Source of the DNA: an uncultured Pelagibacteraceae bacterium
Lineage (GTDB): Bacteria > Pseudomonadota > Alphaproteobacteria > Pelagibacterales > AG-422-B15
Direction of reading: 5' to 3'
NCBI GenBank assembly: GCA_902519835.1
Contig: CABYLU010000003.1
Location: forward strand, 24,916-88,915
DNA length: 64,000 nucleotides
Shown: in pieces, positions 18,592 to 29,440 of the stretch
How positions within the stretch are numbered: position 1 is the stretch's first letter
Layout: each line of letters opens with the position of its first letter
Made by a program: the position numbers and the translations under genes
Notes under the pieces: model-generated
What the model was told of the DNA's origin: nothing
The model's database searches: none
What the model saw: the letters and a program-made list of their open reading frames with translations, nothing else

Positions 18592-20436
18592 ATGTTAGAT
18601 ATAATAAGAAATTTAGTTTCATCGATTTTTGGCAAATTACTTCTTGCTATAATGGTTTTAAGTTTTGCCCTCTGGGGCGTGGGAGATATACTTTCTTCCG
18701 GCAATAGTCAACTTGCTGCAAAAGTAGGTAATGAAAAAATATCACTCGATGAATTTTATATAAGGTTTCAACAAACTGTAAGAGATTATAATCAAAATAC
18801 TAACTCAAATTTAAGCCTTAAAGAAGCTTATGAGTTGAAACTTCATAATCTACTACTACAAGATCTAATTTATTCTAAAATGGTTAATGATTATGCTAAA
18901 AAAAGGGGCATATATTTAAATGAAGAGTCTTTGAAATCAGTGATATCTAATCTAGATGAATTCAAAGACAGCAATGAAACGTTTTCTAATATTAAGTACA
19001 AAAATTTTATTTTAAATAATTTTCAATCTGAAGAAGCTTTTCTGAGAGAAATAGAAAATAGTATTTTTCAAGGTATTATTTTTGAAAGTTTTAATGCTGA
19101 TAATTATATGAATGATGCAATTATCAATAAGCTATATGACTATGAAGGTGAAAAGAGAACAATTAGTTATTTTTTGTTGAATAAGAATGAAGTTAAAATT
19201 GATACAAATAATAATTTAATCAATGATTACTATTTGGATAATAAATCGAATTATCTAATTCCTGAGAAAACTATTATAGACTTTATTGAAGTAAACATTA
19301 ATGACTTTAAAAGAAAAGAAAATATAAATACTGTTGATGCTCAGGATTACTACAGCAATAACATTGATCAATATACTGAAGAAGAAAGCAGAAATATTCA
19401 ATTTATAAGATTTAGCAATGAGACAGATGCTTATGATTTTTACGATGAAGTGGCAGATAAAAATATAAATGATTTAAATGATTACATTAAAATAAATGAT
19501 TTTAAACTTTCAAATATAGAAAAATTTACTGGTGGCACTTTCTCTAAAAATATTTCAGAGTTTATTTTTAAATTAGATATTAATACCTTGAGCGAACCCA
19601 TTAGCTACGATGATTTAGGGTTTTATTTATTTATGGTAAATGAAGTAAATGATGAAAAAGTGATAGATTTTGAAACCGTTAAAAGTGAAATTATAGAATA
19701 CCTAGCTTTAGAGGCTGCATATCAAGATTTTGATGACGCCATTAATATCTTAGATGAATTGCTAATTAATGATTATACCTTTGATGAGATAGTTGAAAAT
19801 CAAGTGAACATCAAATTATCTGAAAATGTTGATTTTGAACAGTTTGTAGTAAATTTAGGGGAAGATAATTCATTTTTGGATGAAAATACTCCAATCGGAT
19901 TTATTTCAGAAATAATAATCAAAGAAAACATTGCCTATATTTATACAGTTAAAGAAAAGCAAAAATCTTACGTGCCTGATTTAGAAAAAGTAAGAGAAAA
20001 AGTAATAATCGACTATGTAGCCCAGCAAAAAAATAAAAACCTTGATAAACTGTCTAATGATATTCTAAATTCAATTAAGTTACAAAATGAAGCTTCGTTT
20101 TCTGAATATGTGCTTAATAATGATTATAATTTGCTAAAATTAGAAAAGATTAATCGTACAAACTTAGACCTTCAGAAGGAAACAGTTTTCAATGCATTTA
20201 ATAATAAACTTAATCAACCATTTAAAATTCTTACCTCTGACGGAGAAATTGGAATTGGTGTTGTTACTGAAATTATTATGCCAAGGAATCAAATTTCTGA
20301 TGATTTTTATAATTCTGTTAAAATAAATATAAATAATAATTTTAATACATCGCTAGTTGATATAATGGCATCTGAAATTATTCAAAACTCATCTTATGAA
20401 ATTTATGATCAAAATATAGATAAACTGTTCATGTAA
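18592..20436 (+). CDS. PpiD/SurA-N-like periplasmic chaperone (peptidyl-prolyl isomerase D family)
   Basis: N-terminal membrane anchor (KLLLAIMVLSFALWGVGD). 614 aa. Conserved position directly upstream of trpE in alphaproteobacteria. The parvulin region is degenerate. Confidence 0.65.
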   Translation: MLDIIRNLVSSIFGKLLLAIMVLSFALWGVGDILSSGNSQLAAKVGNEKISLDEFYIRFQQTVRDYNQNTNSNLSLKEAYELKLHNLLLQDLIYSKMVNDYAKKRGIYLNEESLKSVISNLDEFKDSNETFSNIKYKNFILNNFQSEEAFLREIENSIFQGIIFESFNADNYMNDAIINKLYDYEGEKRTISYFLLNKNEVKIDTNNNLINDYYLDNKSNYLIPEKTIIDFIEVNINDFKRKENINTVDAQDYYSNNIDQYTEEESRNIQFIRFSNETDAYDFYDEVADKNINDLNDYIKINDFKLSNIEKFTGGTFSKNISEFIFKLDINTLSEPISYDDLGFYLFMVNEVNDEKVIDFETVKSEIIEYLALEAAYQDFDDAINILDELLINDYTFDEIVENQVNIKLSENVDFEQFVVNLGEDNSFLDENTPIGFISEIIIKENIAYIYTVKEKQKSYVPDLEKVREKVIIDYVAQQKNKNLDKLSNDILNSIKLQNEASFSEYVLNNDYNLLKLEKINRTNLDLQKETVFNAFNNKLNQPFKILTSDGEIGIGVVTEIIMPRNQISDDFYNSVKININNNFNTSLVDIMASEIIQNSSYEIYDQNIDKLFM

Positions 20437-21908
20437 TGAATTTTTCTCATACTAAAAATCAATATTTAGCATTCTTTAAAAATAAAAATAATTTTATATT
20501 TTTCAAAAAAATAAAAAAATTTAAATCTGACCCTATTCCTGAGTTTATTAATATAGTAGAAAACAATAATTTCAGCTTTCTCTATGAGTCTGTTGAAAAA
20601 GGTAAGGAAAAAGGAAGATATTCAATATGTGGTTACAATACAATTAAAACAATACAAATAAACAATAGAAAAAATGCTAAAGAAGAAAAACTTTCTTCAA
20701 CAAATAAAAATGCATTTTTAAAAATCGATAGAACAATAAGTAAATATAAATTTTTAAAGGACAAAAAACTGCCGCCTATGGCAGGTGCTTTTTTTGGTTA
20801 TATATCATATGAAAATATTTATAATATCGAGGACATATCTAAGTTCAAAAAAAAGAACGCTTTAATGACTCCCGAACTTATACTTTTTATTCCTCAGATA
20901 TTAATTGTATATGATAATGTTTCTAATTCTTTATATATATTAAAACATTTCTTATCTGGTGTAAAAAAAGCTCAAGAATATGAACAAGTTCTTAACGAAT
21001 TAAATGATATAGAAAATAACATTTATAAAAAAATAAATAATCAAACAATTAATCTCAATAAAAAGAAAAGGCTTAAAATTAAATCAAATATAACTAAGTC
21101 AAAATTCATTAATAATATTAAAAAAGCAAAAAAATATATTAAAGCTGGTGACATATTTCAGGTAGTTCCAAGTCAAAGATTTGAAACTAATTTTAAAAGT
21201 AAAGGCAGCTCGCTCTACAAAGTACTGAGATTGACTAACCCCTCACCTTTTATGTACTATTTTAATTTACCTAATTTTCAGATTGTTGGCTCAAGTCCAG
21301 AGATTCTGGTCAGACTTAGATCTGATTTAATAACTTTACGACCTATCGCTGGTACAAGGCCGCGAGGCAAAAACATAAAACAGGACCGAAAGTACGAATT
21401 GGATTTACTTTCAGATGAAAAAGAAACATCGGAACACTTAATGTTGTTAGATCTTGGTCGAAATGATGTCGGCAAAGTAGCAAAAAAATCAACTGTAAGC
21501 GTAACTGCCAAATTTATAATTGAAAAATACTCTCATGTAATGCACTTGGTTTCTAATGTAACTGGAAAACTTAAAAAAAATATTAGTACAATTGAAGCAC
21601 TAATGGCAGGATTTCCAGCTGGAACAGTATCGGGTGCACCAAAAATAAGGGCAATGCAAATTATAGATGAATTAGAGAGTGATGTCCGAGGTATTTATGC
21701 AGGTGGAATTGGCTACATCTCCCCTGATGGAGATATGGATACTTGCATCGTTTTAAGAACAGGGATAATTACTAAAAATAAATTATATGTTCAGGCTGGA
21801 GGCGGTGTAGTTTATGATAGTGATCCAGAACTCGAGTATATGGAGACTGTAAATAAAGCTAAAGCAGTATTAAATGCTGCTGAAATCGTACTTGGAAATA
21901 ACCTATGA
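20436..21908 (+). CDS. trpE: Anthranilate synthase component I
   Basis: Chorismate-binding blocks LRPIAGTRPRG, LLSDEKETSEHLMLLDLGRND and GGIGYISPDGDMDTCIVLRT. TAATG overlap with the upstream gene. Confidence 0.93.
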   Translation: MNFSHTKNQYLAFFKNKNNFIFFKKIKKFKSDPIPEFINIVENNNFSFLYESVEKGKEKGRYSICGYNTIKTIQINNRKNAKEEKLSSTNKNAFLKIDRTISKYKFLKDKKLPPMAGAFFGYISYENIYNIEDISKFKKKNALMTPELILFIPQILIVYDNVSNSLYILKHFLSGVKKAQEYEQVLNELNDIENNIYKKINNQTINLNKKKRLKIKSNITKSKFINNIKKAKKYIKAGDIFQVVPSQRFETNFKSKGSSLYKVLRLTNPSPFMYYFNLPNFQIVGSSPEILVRLRSDLITLRPIAGTRPRGKNIKQDRKYELDLLSDEKETSEHLMLLDLGRNDVGKVAKKSTVSVTAKFIIEKYSHVMHLVSNVTGKLKKNISTIEALMAGFPAGTVSGAPKIRAMQIIDELESDVRGIYAGGIGYISPDGDMDTCIVLRTGIITKNKLYVQAGGGVVYDSDPELEYMETVNKAKAVLNAAEIVLGNNL

Positions 21909-22480
21909 TATTGCTAATAGATAATTATGATAGCTTTACTTATAATTTAGTACATTATGTTGAAGAACTAGGACATAACGTTCAAGTTTATAGAAATGAT
22001 AAAATATCATTAAAAAAAATATCAAAACTTAATCCCAAAAAAATTATAATATCACCTGGCCCCTGCACTCCTAATGAAGCGGGTATTTGTATAGACCTTA
22101 TTAAAAGATTTTATGATAAAATGCCTATACTTGGTGTATGTTTAGGGCATCAATCTATCGGACAAGCATTCGGTGCAAAGATAATTAAAGCAAGTAAAAT
22201 TATGCACGGTAAAACTTCAAAAGTTTCAAACCTAGGCTCACAAATATTCAAAGGGCTTCCTTCTTCATTTGAAGCAACTAGATATCACAGCTTGGTAATT
22301 AAAAATGGAACACTACCTGAAAATTTCAAAGTAATATCTGAGACTATTGATGATAAAAAAAATGTAATAATGGGAATTGAGCATAAAAATTATCCCTGCT
22401 ACGGAGTTCAATTTCATCCTGAAAGTATAGCCTCTGTTCCATTTGGCAAAAAAATAATGAAGAATTTTTTAAATTTATGA
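21905..22480 (+). CDS. trpG: Anthranilate synthase component II (glutamine amidotransferase)
   Basis: GATase-1 blocks GVCLGHQ and GVQFHPES. 191 aa. Confidence 0.92.
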   Translation: MILLIDNYDSFTYNLVHYVEELGHNVQVYRNDKISLKKISKLNPKKIIISPGPCTPNEAGICIDLIKRFYDKMPILGVCLGHQSIGQAFGAKIIKASKIMHGKTSKVSNLGSQIFKGLPSSFEATRYHSLVIKNGTLPENFKVISETIDDKKNVIMGIEHKNYPCYGVQFHPESIASVPFGKKIMKNFLNL

Positions 22481-23487
22481 CTGATTTTAAAGAATTCATT
22501 CAATTAGCTTACGAAGATAGTTTAGATTTAAAATCCACTAAAAAGGCCTTTATGCAAATCATGAATGGTGAAATAAGTGAGATACAAATAAGCTCATTTA
22601 TTTCATTGCTCCAAAAGTCAGGTGTGAAATCACATCATGTAATTGCTGCTTTAGAAGTAATGAGAAAAAAAATGCTATCGATCAACGCGCCACTAAATAC
22701 AATAGATACATGTGGTACGGGAGGAGATGGAAAAAATAGCTTAAATATCTCAACAGCAACAGCTTTTGTTTTGGCAGCTTATGGTATGCCGGTAGCTAAA
22801 CATGGAAATCGAGCACTAACATCAAAATGCGGATCTGCTGATGTTTTAAAAGCATTAAATATAAATATCGATATGGAAACTTCTAAACTAGAAGATTGTC
22901 TCAGAAAAACAGGAATATGCTTTATGTTTGCACCTAATCACCATCCTGCCATGAAGCACGTTGCTAAAGTTAGGCAATTGCTTGGAATTCGAACAATTTT
23001 TAATATGTTGGGTCCTTTATTAAATCCTGCCAATGTTAGAAATCAAATAGTCGGCGTTTATTCCAAAGAAGTTTTTAATATTTATAAGGATGTTTTTGAA
23101 AGAGAAGATAAAAATATTTGCTTAATAGCAGGTCATGACGGGAATGATGAAATATCTCTAAGTGGCACTAATTTAATATTTACAAAAAAAAATGGTATTA
23201 TGCATTTTGATCCCAAAATGCTTGATTGTCCAAAAATGATAGATGATGAAATTAAAGGAAGTGACGCAATATTTAATGCTGATCGTATAATTGAAATTTT
23301 TAAAGGCAAAAAAGATACTTTTTACAATACTGTATGTGCTAATGCTGCATTCGGTATTCTCATAAATCAATCTGAGGATTTTAATGAAAAAAATATTTTA
23401 AAAGCTTTTAATGAAGTTCAATTAACTATTAGAAGTGGAGAACCTTTGAGAATTATTGATCAATTATCTAAATTTACAAATTTATAA
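22477..23487 (+). CDS. trpD: Anthranilate phosphoribosyltransferase
   Basis: Motifs CGTGGDG and AKHGNRA. 336 aa. Confidence 0.93.
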   Translation: MTDFKEFIQLAYEDSLDLKSTKKAFMQIMNGEISEIQISSFISLLQKSGVKSHHVIAALEVMRKKMLSINAPLNTIDTCGTGGDGKNSLNISTATAFVLAAYGMPVAKHGNRALTSKCGSADVLKALNINIDMETSKLEDCLRKTGICFMFAPNHHPAMKHVAKVRQLLGIRTIFNMLGPLLNPANVRNQIVGVYSKEVFNIYKDVFEREDKNICLIAGHDGNDEISLSGTNLIFTKKNGIMHFDPKMLDCPKMIDDEIKGSDAIFNADRIIEIFKGKKDTFYNTVCANAAFGILINQSEDFNEKNILKAFNEVQLTIRSGEPLRIIDQLSKFTNL

Positions 23488-24275
23488 TGTCAATATTACA
23501 AGAAATATATGAGTATAAAATTGATTTTGTTTCAAATCAAAAAGAAATAATTCCTCAATCAAAAATTGAAAGTAAATTGAATATAGACAATATTAACTTT
23601 CCTTTCTTTGAAAAATTAAATCATCAAAATAATCAAATATCTATTATAGGAGAAATAAAAAAAGCCAGTCCCTCTTTAGGTAAATTTACTAATGAGAATA
23701 TAAATTTAATCGATTTTGCAAAGGCGTATGAAGACAATAATATTTCGTGCATCTCAGTTTTGACAGACGAAAAATATTTTAAAGGAAAAGTTGATGATTT
23801 AATTGAAATTAGAAAAGAAGTGCAACTACCTATACTAAGAAAAGATTTTATAGTCGACGATTACCAAATATATGAAAGCAAATTAATTGGAGCAGACTGT
23901 ATCCTGATTATATTATCAATGTTAAGTCAAGATGATGCAGATAGATTCGCTGAATTAGCATATGAACTAAAGATGGATAGTATTATTGAGGTACACGACT
24001 ATGATGAACTGCAAAGAGCGAAGTCTATGAATTCAAATATGATAGGTATAAATAATCGAAACCTAAATAATTTTGTAACTAATTTAGATACCACAATAAA
24101 TTTGTCTCAACACTTAGATAATTGTGACAAACTAATCATCTCTGAAAGTGGCTTTCATAGCAAACGTGACATAGCAAAAATTTATACAACCACAGGTATA
24201 AGCAACTATTTAATCGGTGAATTTTTAATGAAGTCAGATAATTTACCCAACCATATTGCAGAATTATTAAATTAA
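23487..24275 (+). CDS. trpC: Indole-3-glycerol-phosphate synthase
   Basis: Motifs IGEIKKASPS, LTDEKYFKG and LRKDFIVD. 262 aa. Confidence 0.93.
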   Translation: MSILQEIYEYKIDFVSNQKEIIPQSKIESKLNIDNINFPFFEKLNHQNNQISIIGEIKKASPSLGKFTNENINLIDFAKAYEDNNISCISVLTDEKYFKGKVDDLIEIRKEVQLPILRKDFIVDDYQIYESKLIGADCILIILSMLSQDDADRFAELAYELKMDSIIEVHDYDELQRAKSMNSNMIGINNRNLNNFVTNLDTTINLSQHLDNCDKLIISESGFHSKRDIAKIYTTTGISNYLIGEFLMKSDNLPNHIAELLN

Positions 24276-24338
24276 AAAATTACGTAATATCAATAAGTTA
24301 TTGAAATTAATGAATTTATTTTCATTGAAACTATAAGA

Positions 24339-24353
24339 GAACATTGATAGAAC
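24339..24353. promoter_or_regulatory. Alphaproteobacterial SOS (LexA) box GAAC-N7-GAAC
   Basis: GAACattgataGAAC lies 21 nt upstream of the lexA ATG and matches the direct-repeat GTTC-N7-GTTC / GAAC-N7-GAAC operator known for alphaproteobacterial LexA. Confidence 0.7.
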
Positions 24354-24373
24354 ATTATTTAAGGATCGAATCA

Positions 24374-25051
24374 ATGTTAACAAAGAAACAAAAAGAATTA
24401 TTAAATTATATTCAGAAGTTCCAAAGTAAAAATGGTGTCACTCCTTCTTATGAAGAGATGAAGTCTGCACTTAATTTAAAATCAAAATCAGGAATCCACA
24501 GATTAATTTTAGCACTCGAAGAACGAGGATTTGTAAAAAGATTAGCCCATAAAGCAAGAGCGCTTGAAATAATTAAAGATGGAATATCTAACATTAGGAT
24601 TTCTGAAAAAAATAAAAATAACTTGGTTGTTGGTAATTTTATAAATAATGCGAATGATGATAATCATAAATTAAGCACTCTTCCACTTTTGGGAAAAATT
24701 GCCGCTGGTACTCCAATTGAAGCTATTCAACAGAATGATACATCTGTTGATGTTCCAAAAGAGATGATGCCAATAGGTGAAAGTTATGCATTAACAGTTG
24801 AAGGTGATTCAATGATCAATGAGGGTATTCATAATGGAGATACAGTTTTAATAAAAAAAACTAATATTGCGGATAATGGTGAAATTGTTGTTGCCTTAAT
24901 TGATGACAATGAAGCAACTTTAAAAAGAATTAGAAAAAAAGGTCAAAGTATAGCGCTTGAAAGTGCTAACCCTATTTATGAAACACGGATCTTATCTGCT
25001 CATCGTGTCAAAATTCAAGGTAAATTAATTGGTCTTCTTAGAAAATATTAA
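24374..25051 (+). CDS. lexA: Transcriptional repressor LexA
   Basis: N-terminal wHTH (LTKKQKELLNYIQ...PSYEEM), cleavage region KIAAGTPIEA, S24 peptidase (VEGDSM...ATLKR). The tracked start at 24344 is a TTG inside the operator. I prefer the ATG at 24374, preceded by AAGGA. Confidence 0.93.
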   Translation: MLTKKQKELLNYIQKFQSKNGVTPSYEEMKSALNLKSKSGIHRLILALEERGFVKRLAHKARALEIIKDGISNIRISEKNKNNLVVGNFINNANDDNHKLSTLPLLGKIAAGTPIEAIQQNDTSVDVPKEMMPIGESYALTVEGDSMINEGIHNGDTVLIKKTNIADNGEIVVALIDDNEATLKRIRKKGQSIALESANPIYETRILSAHRVKIQGKLIGLLRKY

Positions 25052-25098
25052 TTATATTTTTCTTTAATTATCTAATAAATAGTTTAATTAATATGTGA

Positions 25099-26421
25099 AT
25101 GCCTAGAAATAAAAATACCTCTAAAATAAAAACTGCAAAGCTAATTATAAATAAAAATACTTACGAACTTCCAATATATGATTCTACAGAAGGCGAGTCT
25201 GTCATAGATATTTCTAAACTGCACTCACAAGCAAAATTATTCACTTATGATCCAGGATTTACTTCAACAGCTTCGTGCGAGTCAAAAATTACATTCATTG
25301 ATGGTGATAAAGGAATTTTAAGATATCGTGGGTATGATATAGAAGAATTAGCGAATAAAAGTGACTTTATAGAAGTTGTAAATTTATTAATTTATGGCGA
25401 TTTACCCAATAAGGAACAACTAAAAAAATATAAAAGACTTATTACTCGTCACACACTTTTGCATGAACAAATTATAAATTTTTTTCAAGGTTTCAGACGT
25501 GATGCTCATCCAATGGCAATGATGGTCGGAGTTATGGGTGCACTATCCTCATTTTATCAAGACACCTTGGATATCAATGATGCCCATCAAAGACAAGAAG
25601 CAACTAGAAGAATAATTGCTAAGTCATCAACCATCGGTGCTATGGCGTATAAATATTCAATTGGTCAAGCTTTTGTCTCTCCAAAAAACAACTTATCTTT
25701 TTCAGAAAATTTTTTACATATGTGTTTTAGTAATACGGCAGAGGAATACAAAATTTCTCCTGTTATATCTAAAGCTATGGATACAATATTTATTTTGCAT
25801 GCAGATCACGAACAAAATGCTTCAACATCTACAGTGCGTTTGGCTGGCTCATCTGGTGCTAATCCATTTGCTTGTATTGCTGCAGGAGTCTCCTCTTTAT
25901 GGGGACCCGCTCATGGAGGAGCGAATCAAGCAGCCTTAGAAATGCTTGAAGAAATTGGATCAACAAAAAAAATAAAAAAATATCTTAATAAAGCAAAATC
26001 AAAAAAAGATCCATTTAAATTAATGGGATTTGGACACAGGGTTTATAAAAACTACGATCCAAGAGCGAAGATTTTAAAAAAAATATGTAAAAATGTTTTA
26101 GCTCATGTAGGTATAAAAAATGATCCAATACTTAAACTTGCTATGGAGCTAGAAAAAATTGCTTTAAATGAAAAATATTTCATAGAAAAGAAACTATACC
26201 CTAATGTCGATTTCTATTCTGGAATAATTCTTAGAGCAATAGGATTTCCACCTGAAATGTTTACAGTTATTTTTGCTATAGCTCGAACAGCTGGATGGAC
26301 TGCTCAATGGACAGAGATGATAGAAGATCCTATTCAGAAGATTGGAAGACCAAGACAGTATTATACTGGCAATAAATCACTTAAATATGGCACTAAAAGA
26401 TCTAGAAAAAACACTAGATAA
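25099..26421 (+). CDS. gltA: Citrate synthase
   Basis: Motifs [14 protein letters not shown] and [10 protein letters not shown]. 440 aa. Confidence 0.95.
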   Translation: MPRNKNTSKIKTAKLIINKNTYELPIYDSTEGESVIDISKLHSQAKLFTYDPGFTSTASCESKITFIDGDKGILRYRGYDIEELANKSDFIEVVNLLIYGDLPNKEQLKKYKRLITRHTLLHEQIINFFQGFRRDAHPMAMMVGVMGALSSFYQDTLDINDAHQRQEATRRIIAKSSTIGAMAYKYSIGQAFVSPKNNLSFSENFLHMCFSNTAEEYKISPVISKAMDTIFILHADHEQNASTSTVRLAGSSGANPFACIAAGVSSLWGPAHGGANQAALEMLEEIGSTKKIKKYLNKAKSKKDPFKLMGFGHRVYKNYDPRAKILKKICKNVLAHVGIKNDPILKLAMELEKIALNEKYFIEKKLYPNVDFYSGIILRAIGFPPEMFTVIFAIARTAGWTAQWTEMIEDPIQKIGRPRQYYTGNKSLKYGTKRSRKNTR

Positions 26422-26423
26422 CT

Positions 26424-27248
26424 TTACTGAGCTGCATCATAAATTTTCAATTCATATTTTTTAGCATATTGTAATACTTTTCTTTTCTCATGAATCAATG
26501 TGTGTTTTGGATAAATTGCAATTCCATTTAAATTTGCCTTTTTAATTAGCCTAAGCGTATTTAACCCAATCACAGGTAAATCAACTAATTTACTTTGACT
26601 CTTCTTGGGTATCTTTACAAGCATACCAGCTTTAAATTTTAATTGATTAAGGTTCTTTCTCACATCAAATACTCTATTTAATAAATTATCTGTTCCTTCA
26701 GCAGCCTCAATTGCAATTATATATCCGCCCACACAAACCACTGCTTGAGCATTATCAAACTTAGATATTTCATTTAAGAGTTTTTCAGATTTACCAACAT
26801 CAATTGCATCTTTATTAGAATTTAATTCATCTAATTCTTCTGAATTAAAAAAAAATGATTTTGAGACTTCTCTTGGAGATATAATTTTAAAGCCATTTTG
26901 AATAAATATTTCTAAAACACTTGATAGAATCTTACCATCACCGAGTTGATACGAATTTAACAGTATGGGTATATATTTTTCAATTTCACCATCATTTTTA
27001 AAGTGAGATAAATTAGGTCTATTTATCTTGCCTAGAAAAAGTAAAGTTTTAATCTTATTTATCTTTAACGTTTCAAAAATTTTTTTTAATTGAAATATTT
27101 TAAAATTATAAATTTTCTTATTTTTTATTTGATTATTATTTAGATTAATAAATATGGAATTATTATTAAACTTTTTACATTCTGTAAAAAACGCTTTTGA
27201 AATCATGTCGTAACCACCAATTATAGCCAATGATTGATTATTTTTCAT
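26424..27248 (-). CDS. lpxI: UDP-2,3-diacylglucosamine pyrophosphatase LpxI (DUF1009)
   Basis: 274 aa, directly downstream of lpxA as in alphaproteobacteria. Carries the AQAVVCVGGYIIAIEAAEGTD block. Confidence 0.75.
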   Translation of the reverse strand: MKNNQSLAIIGGYDMISKAFFTECKKFNNNSIFINLNNNQIKNKKIYNFKIFQLKKIFETLKINKIKTLLFLGKINRPNLSHFKNDGEIEKYIPILLNSYQLGDGKILSSVLEIFIQNGFKIISPREVSKSFFFNSEELDELNSNKDAIDVGKSEKLLNEISKFDNAQAVVCVGGYIIAIEAAEGTDNLLNRVFDVRKNLNQLKFKAGMLVKIPKKSQSKLVDLPVIGLNTLRLIKKANLNGIAIYPKHTLIHEKRKVLQYAKKYELKIYDAAQ

Positions 27249-28017
27249 ATTTACATAAACCTCTTGAACTTTTTTTATTCAGAAAGATAAGCAATTTCTT
27301 TATTAGGGGGTTATCATTATTATTAAGTTTATTAATTTCTTTAGATATTGTTTCACCAGTAAATATTTTTTCAACAGCTTGTGAATACTCTCGGATTTGA
27401 CTCTTGGTAAAATCGGCCCTTTTTAATCCAATAATATTTACACCGGCAATCTTCGCTCTATTTCCGATAGCTAAGCTATATGGAATGACATCATTTTCTA
27501 CAGCTGACATACCACCAATCATAGCAAGACTACCAATTTTACAAAATTGATGCACAGCTGAAATACCACCTATTACAGCACTTTCTTCAACATAAACATG
27601 CCCTCCAAGTGTTACTTGGTTTGCAAATATTACATTATTTTCAATAACACAATCATGTGCAATATGAACACCAGTCATAAACAATGAATTGTTGCCAATT
27701 ATTGTTTCCATATTATCACCTTCAGTTCCAAGATTGGCTGTACAGTGCTCTCTAAAGATGTTGTTGCTGCCAATAGTAAGTCTGCTTTTCTCTCCGCGGT
27801 ATTTTAAATCTTGAGGAATTGAACCAATTGAACAAAAAGGAAAGAATTTATTATTTTCAGAAATATCTGTATGACCATCAATATAAACTGATGAGTAAAT
27901 TATATTATTGTTAGCTATTTTAACATTATCCCCAATGACTGAGTAAGCGCCTATTGAAACATTCTCCCCCACAATAGCGTTTTTAGAGATTATCGCTGTT
28001 TTATGTATATTATTCAT
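27238..28017 (-). CDS. lpxA: UDP-N-acetylglucosamine O-acyltransferase
   Basis: Left-handed hexapeptide repeats throughout. 259 aa. Sits in fabZ-lpxA order. Confidence 0.9.
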   Translation of the reverse strand: MNNIHKTAIISKNAIVGENVSIGAYSVIGDNVKIANNNIIYSSVYIDGHTDISENNKFFPFCSIGSIPQDLKYRGEKSRLTIGSNNIFREHCTANLGTEGDNMETIIGNNSLFMTGVHIAHDCVIENNVIFANQVTLGGHVYVEESAVIGGISAVHQFCKIGSLAMIGGMSAVENDVIPYSLAIGNRAKIAGVNIIGLKRADFTKSQIREYSQAVEKIFTGETISKEINKLNNNDNPLIKKLLIFLNKKSSRGLCKYEK

Positions 28018-28468
28018 TATTACGATCCATTATCATTGCACTCCATTTAGAACTGCATACCAATTCCTCTTTTTCATTGTACGAATTACCTTCAAATCTC
28101 CAAACTCTACCTTTCGAACGTAACGCTACAACATTTGCCTCTATTTTCTCATTTGGGAATACGGGTTTGCGAAACTTTGAGTTTTCTATGTTCATTAAAT
28201 ATACAATTTTATCAAAAGTTTCTTCTCTTATACTATATGCAATTAATGCTGCTGCTGTCTGAGCCATCATCTCAATAAGTATTACGCCTGGAACGACTGG
28301 ATGGCCTGGAAAATGCCCAGTAAAGAAACTTTCTTTATCTTTAAAAGTATTAATACCTGTAGCTCTATTTAATTTTTGTATATTATTGAGTTCTTCTATG
28401 TACAAAAATGGCTCCCTGTGTGGTATTAATTCTTTGATTTCAGAAAGACATATTTTATTTTTTTCCAT
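28010..28468 (-). CDS. fabZ: 3-hydroxyacyl-ACP dehydratase FabZ
   Basis: Motif HFPGHPVVPGVILIEMMAQ. 152 aa. Confidence 0.95.
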   Translation of the reverse strand: MEKNKICLSEIKELIPHREPFLYIEELNNIQKLNRATGINTFKDKESFFTGHFPGHPVVPGVILIEMMAQTAAALIAYSIREETFDKIVYLMNIENSKFRKPVFPNEKIEANVVALRSKGRVWRFEGNSYNEKEELVCSSKWSAMIMDRNNE

Positions 28469-29435
28469 ATATTTTTTTGTAATTTTTTATAAATTTGTAT
28501 TTATTTATCGCAGGGTTTCCCATAACCGTCTCACCGTCACCAATACTTTGGAATACACCACTTTTTGCGGCTATATGAACATTGTTTCCAATCTTAATAT
28601 GTCCAGCGATACCGGCTTGACCGCCAGTTAAAACGTTATTACCAATTTTGGCACTTCCGGCTATACCCGTCATAGCAGCAAATGCGGAGTTATTACCAAT
28701 TTCTACATTATGCGCTATATGACAAAGATTATCTAAATAAGTGTTTTCACCTATTATAGTATCACTGAAACTTCCTCTATCAATCGTACAACCTGAACCT
28801 ACAGAAACTTTCGACTGCAACAATACTCTTCCAATATGATATATATTTATATTTTGATTGCTAAGAAAAAATCCAAATCCTCTTTGACCTATTGATGCAT
28901 TGCTTCCTATGTAAATATTTTCACCTAAAATTGAATTTGAAATAACAGTATTTGAACCAATTATGGATCCGTCGCCAATAATGCAGTTAATTTTTAGAAC
29001 TGCCCCATGATTAATTTTTACATTTTTTCCAATTATTACGCCCTTTTCAATAGTGACATTATTACCAATTTCGCAGTTTTCTCCTAATACTGGATCGTCA
29101 AAATTCATTTTTTCCTTTTCATCATAGTCTCTATAGAAAATATTTGATATTACTGCCACAGACTCTTGCACATTGCTCACAATAAATATTTTTTGATTAG
29201 AATTTAATTTATTTGCTATTTTCTCTGTACATATTACTCCCGATTTCAGTGGCAAATTGTCTTCTAGTTTTTCATTATCGTACAGAAAGGAAAGTGCATT
29301 ATCAGAAATGTTACCGATACTCACAAAACTATCAAAATAATCATCTTTTGAAACATTGACGGTTTTACAATTAATTGAAGACTTGATTGTATCACTGCTA
29401 ATAGGACCTAATTTCTTAAAAAAACTAGGAACCAT
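28455..29435 (-). CDS. lpxD: UDP-3-O-acylglucosamine N-acyltransferase
   Basis: N-terminal LpxD domain followed by long hexapeptide-repeat region. 326 aa. Confidence 0.9.
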   Translation of the reverse strand: MVPSFFKKLGPISSDTIKSSINCKTVNVSKDDYFDSFVSIGNISDNALSFLYDNEKLEDNLPLKSGVICTEKIANKLNSNQKIFIVSNVQESVAVISNIFYRDYDEKEKMNFDDPVLGENCEIGNNVTIEKGVIIGKNVKINHGAVLKINCIIGDGSIIGSNTVISNSILGENIYIGSNASIGQRGFGFFLSNQNINIYHIGRVLLQSKVSVGSGCTIDRGSFSDTIIGENTYLDNLCHIAHNVEIGNNSAFAAMTGIAGSAKIGNNVLTGGQAGIAGHIKIGNNVHIAAKSGVFQSIGDGETVMGNPAINKYKFIKNYKKIYGKK

Positions 29436-29440
29436 TCTTT

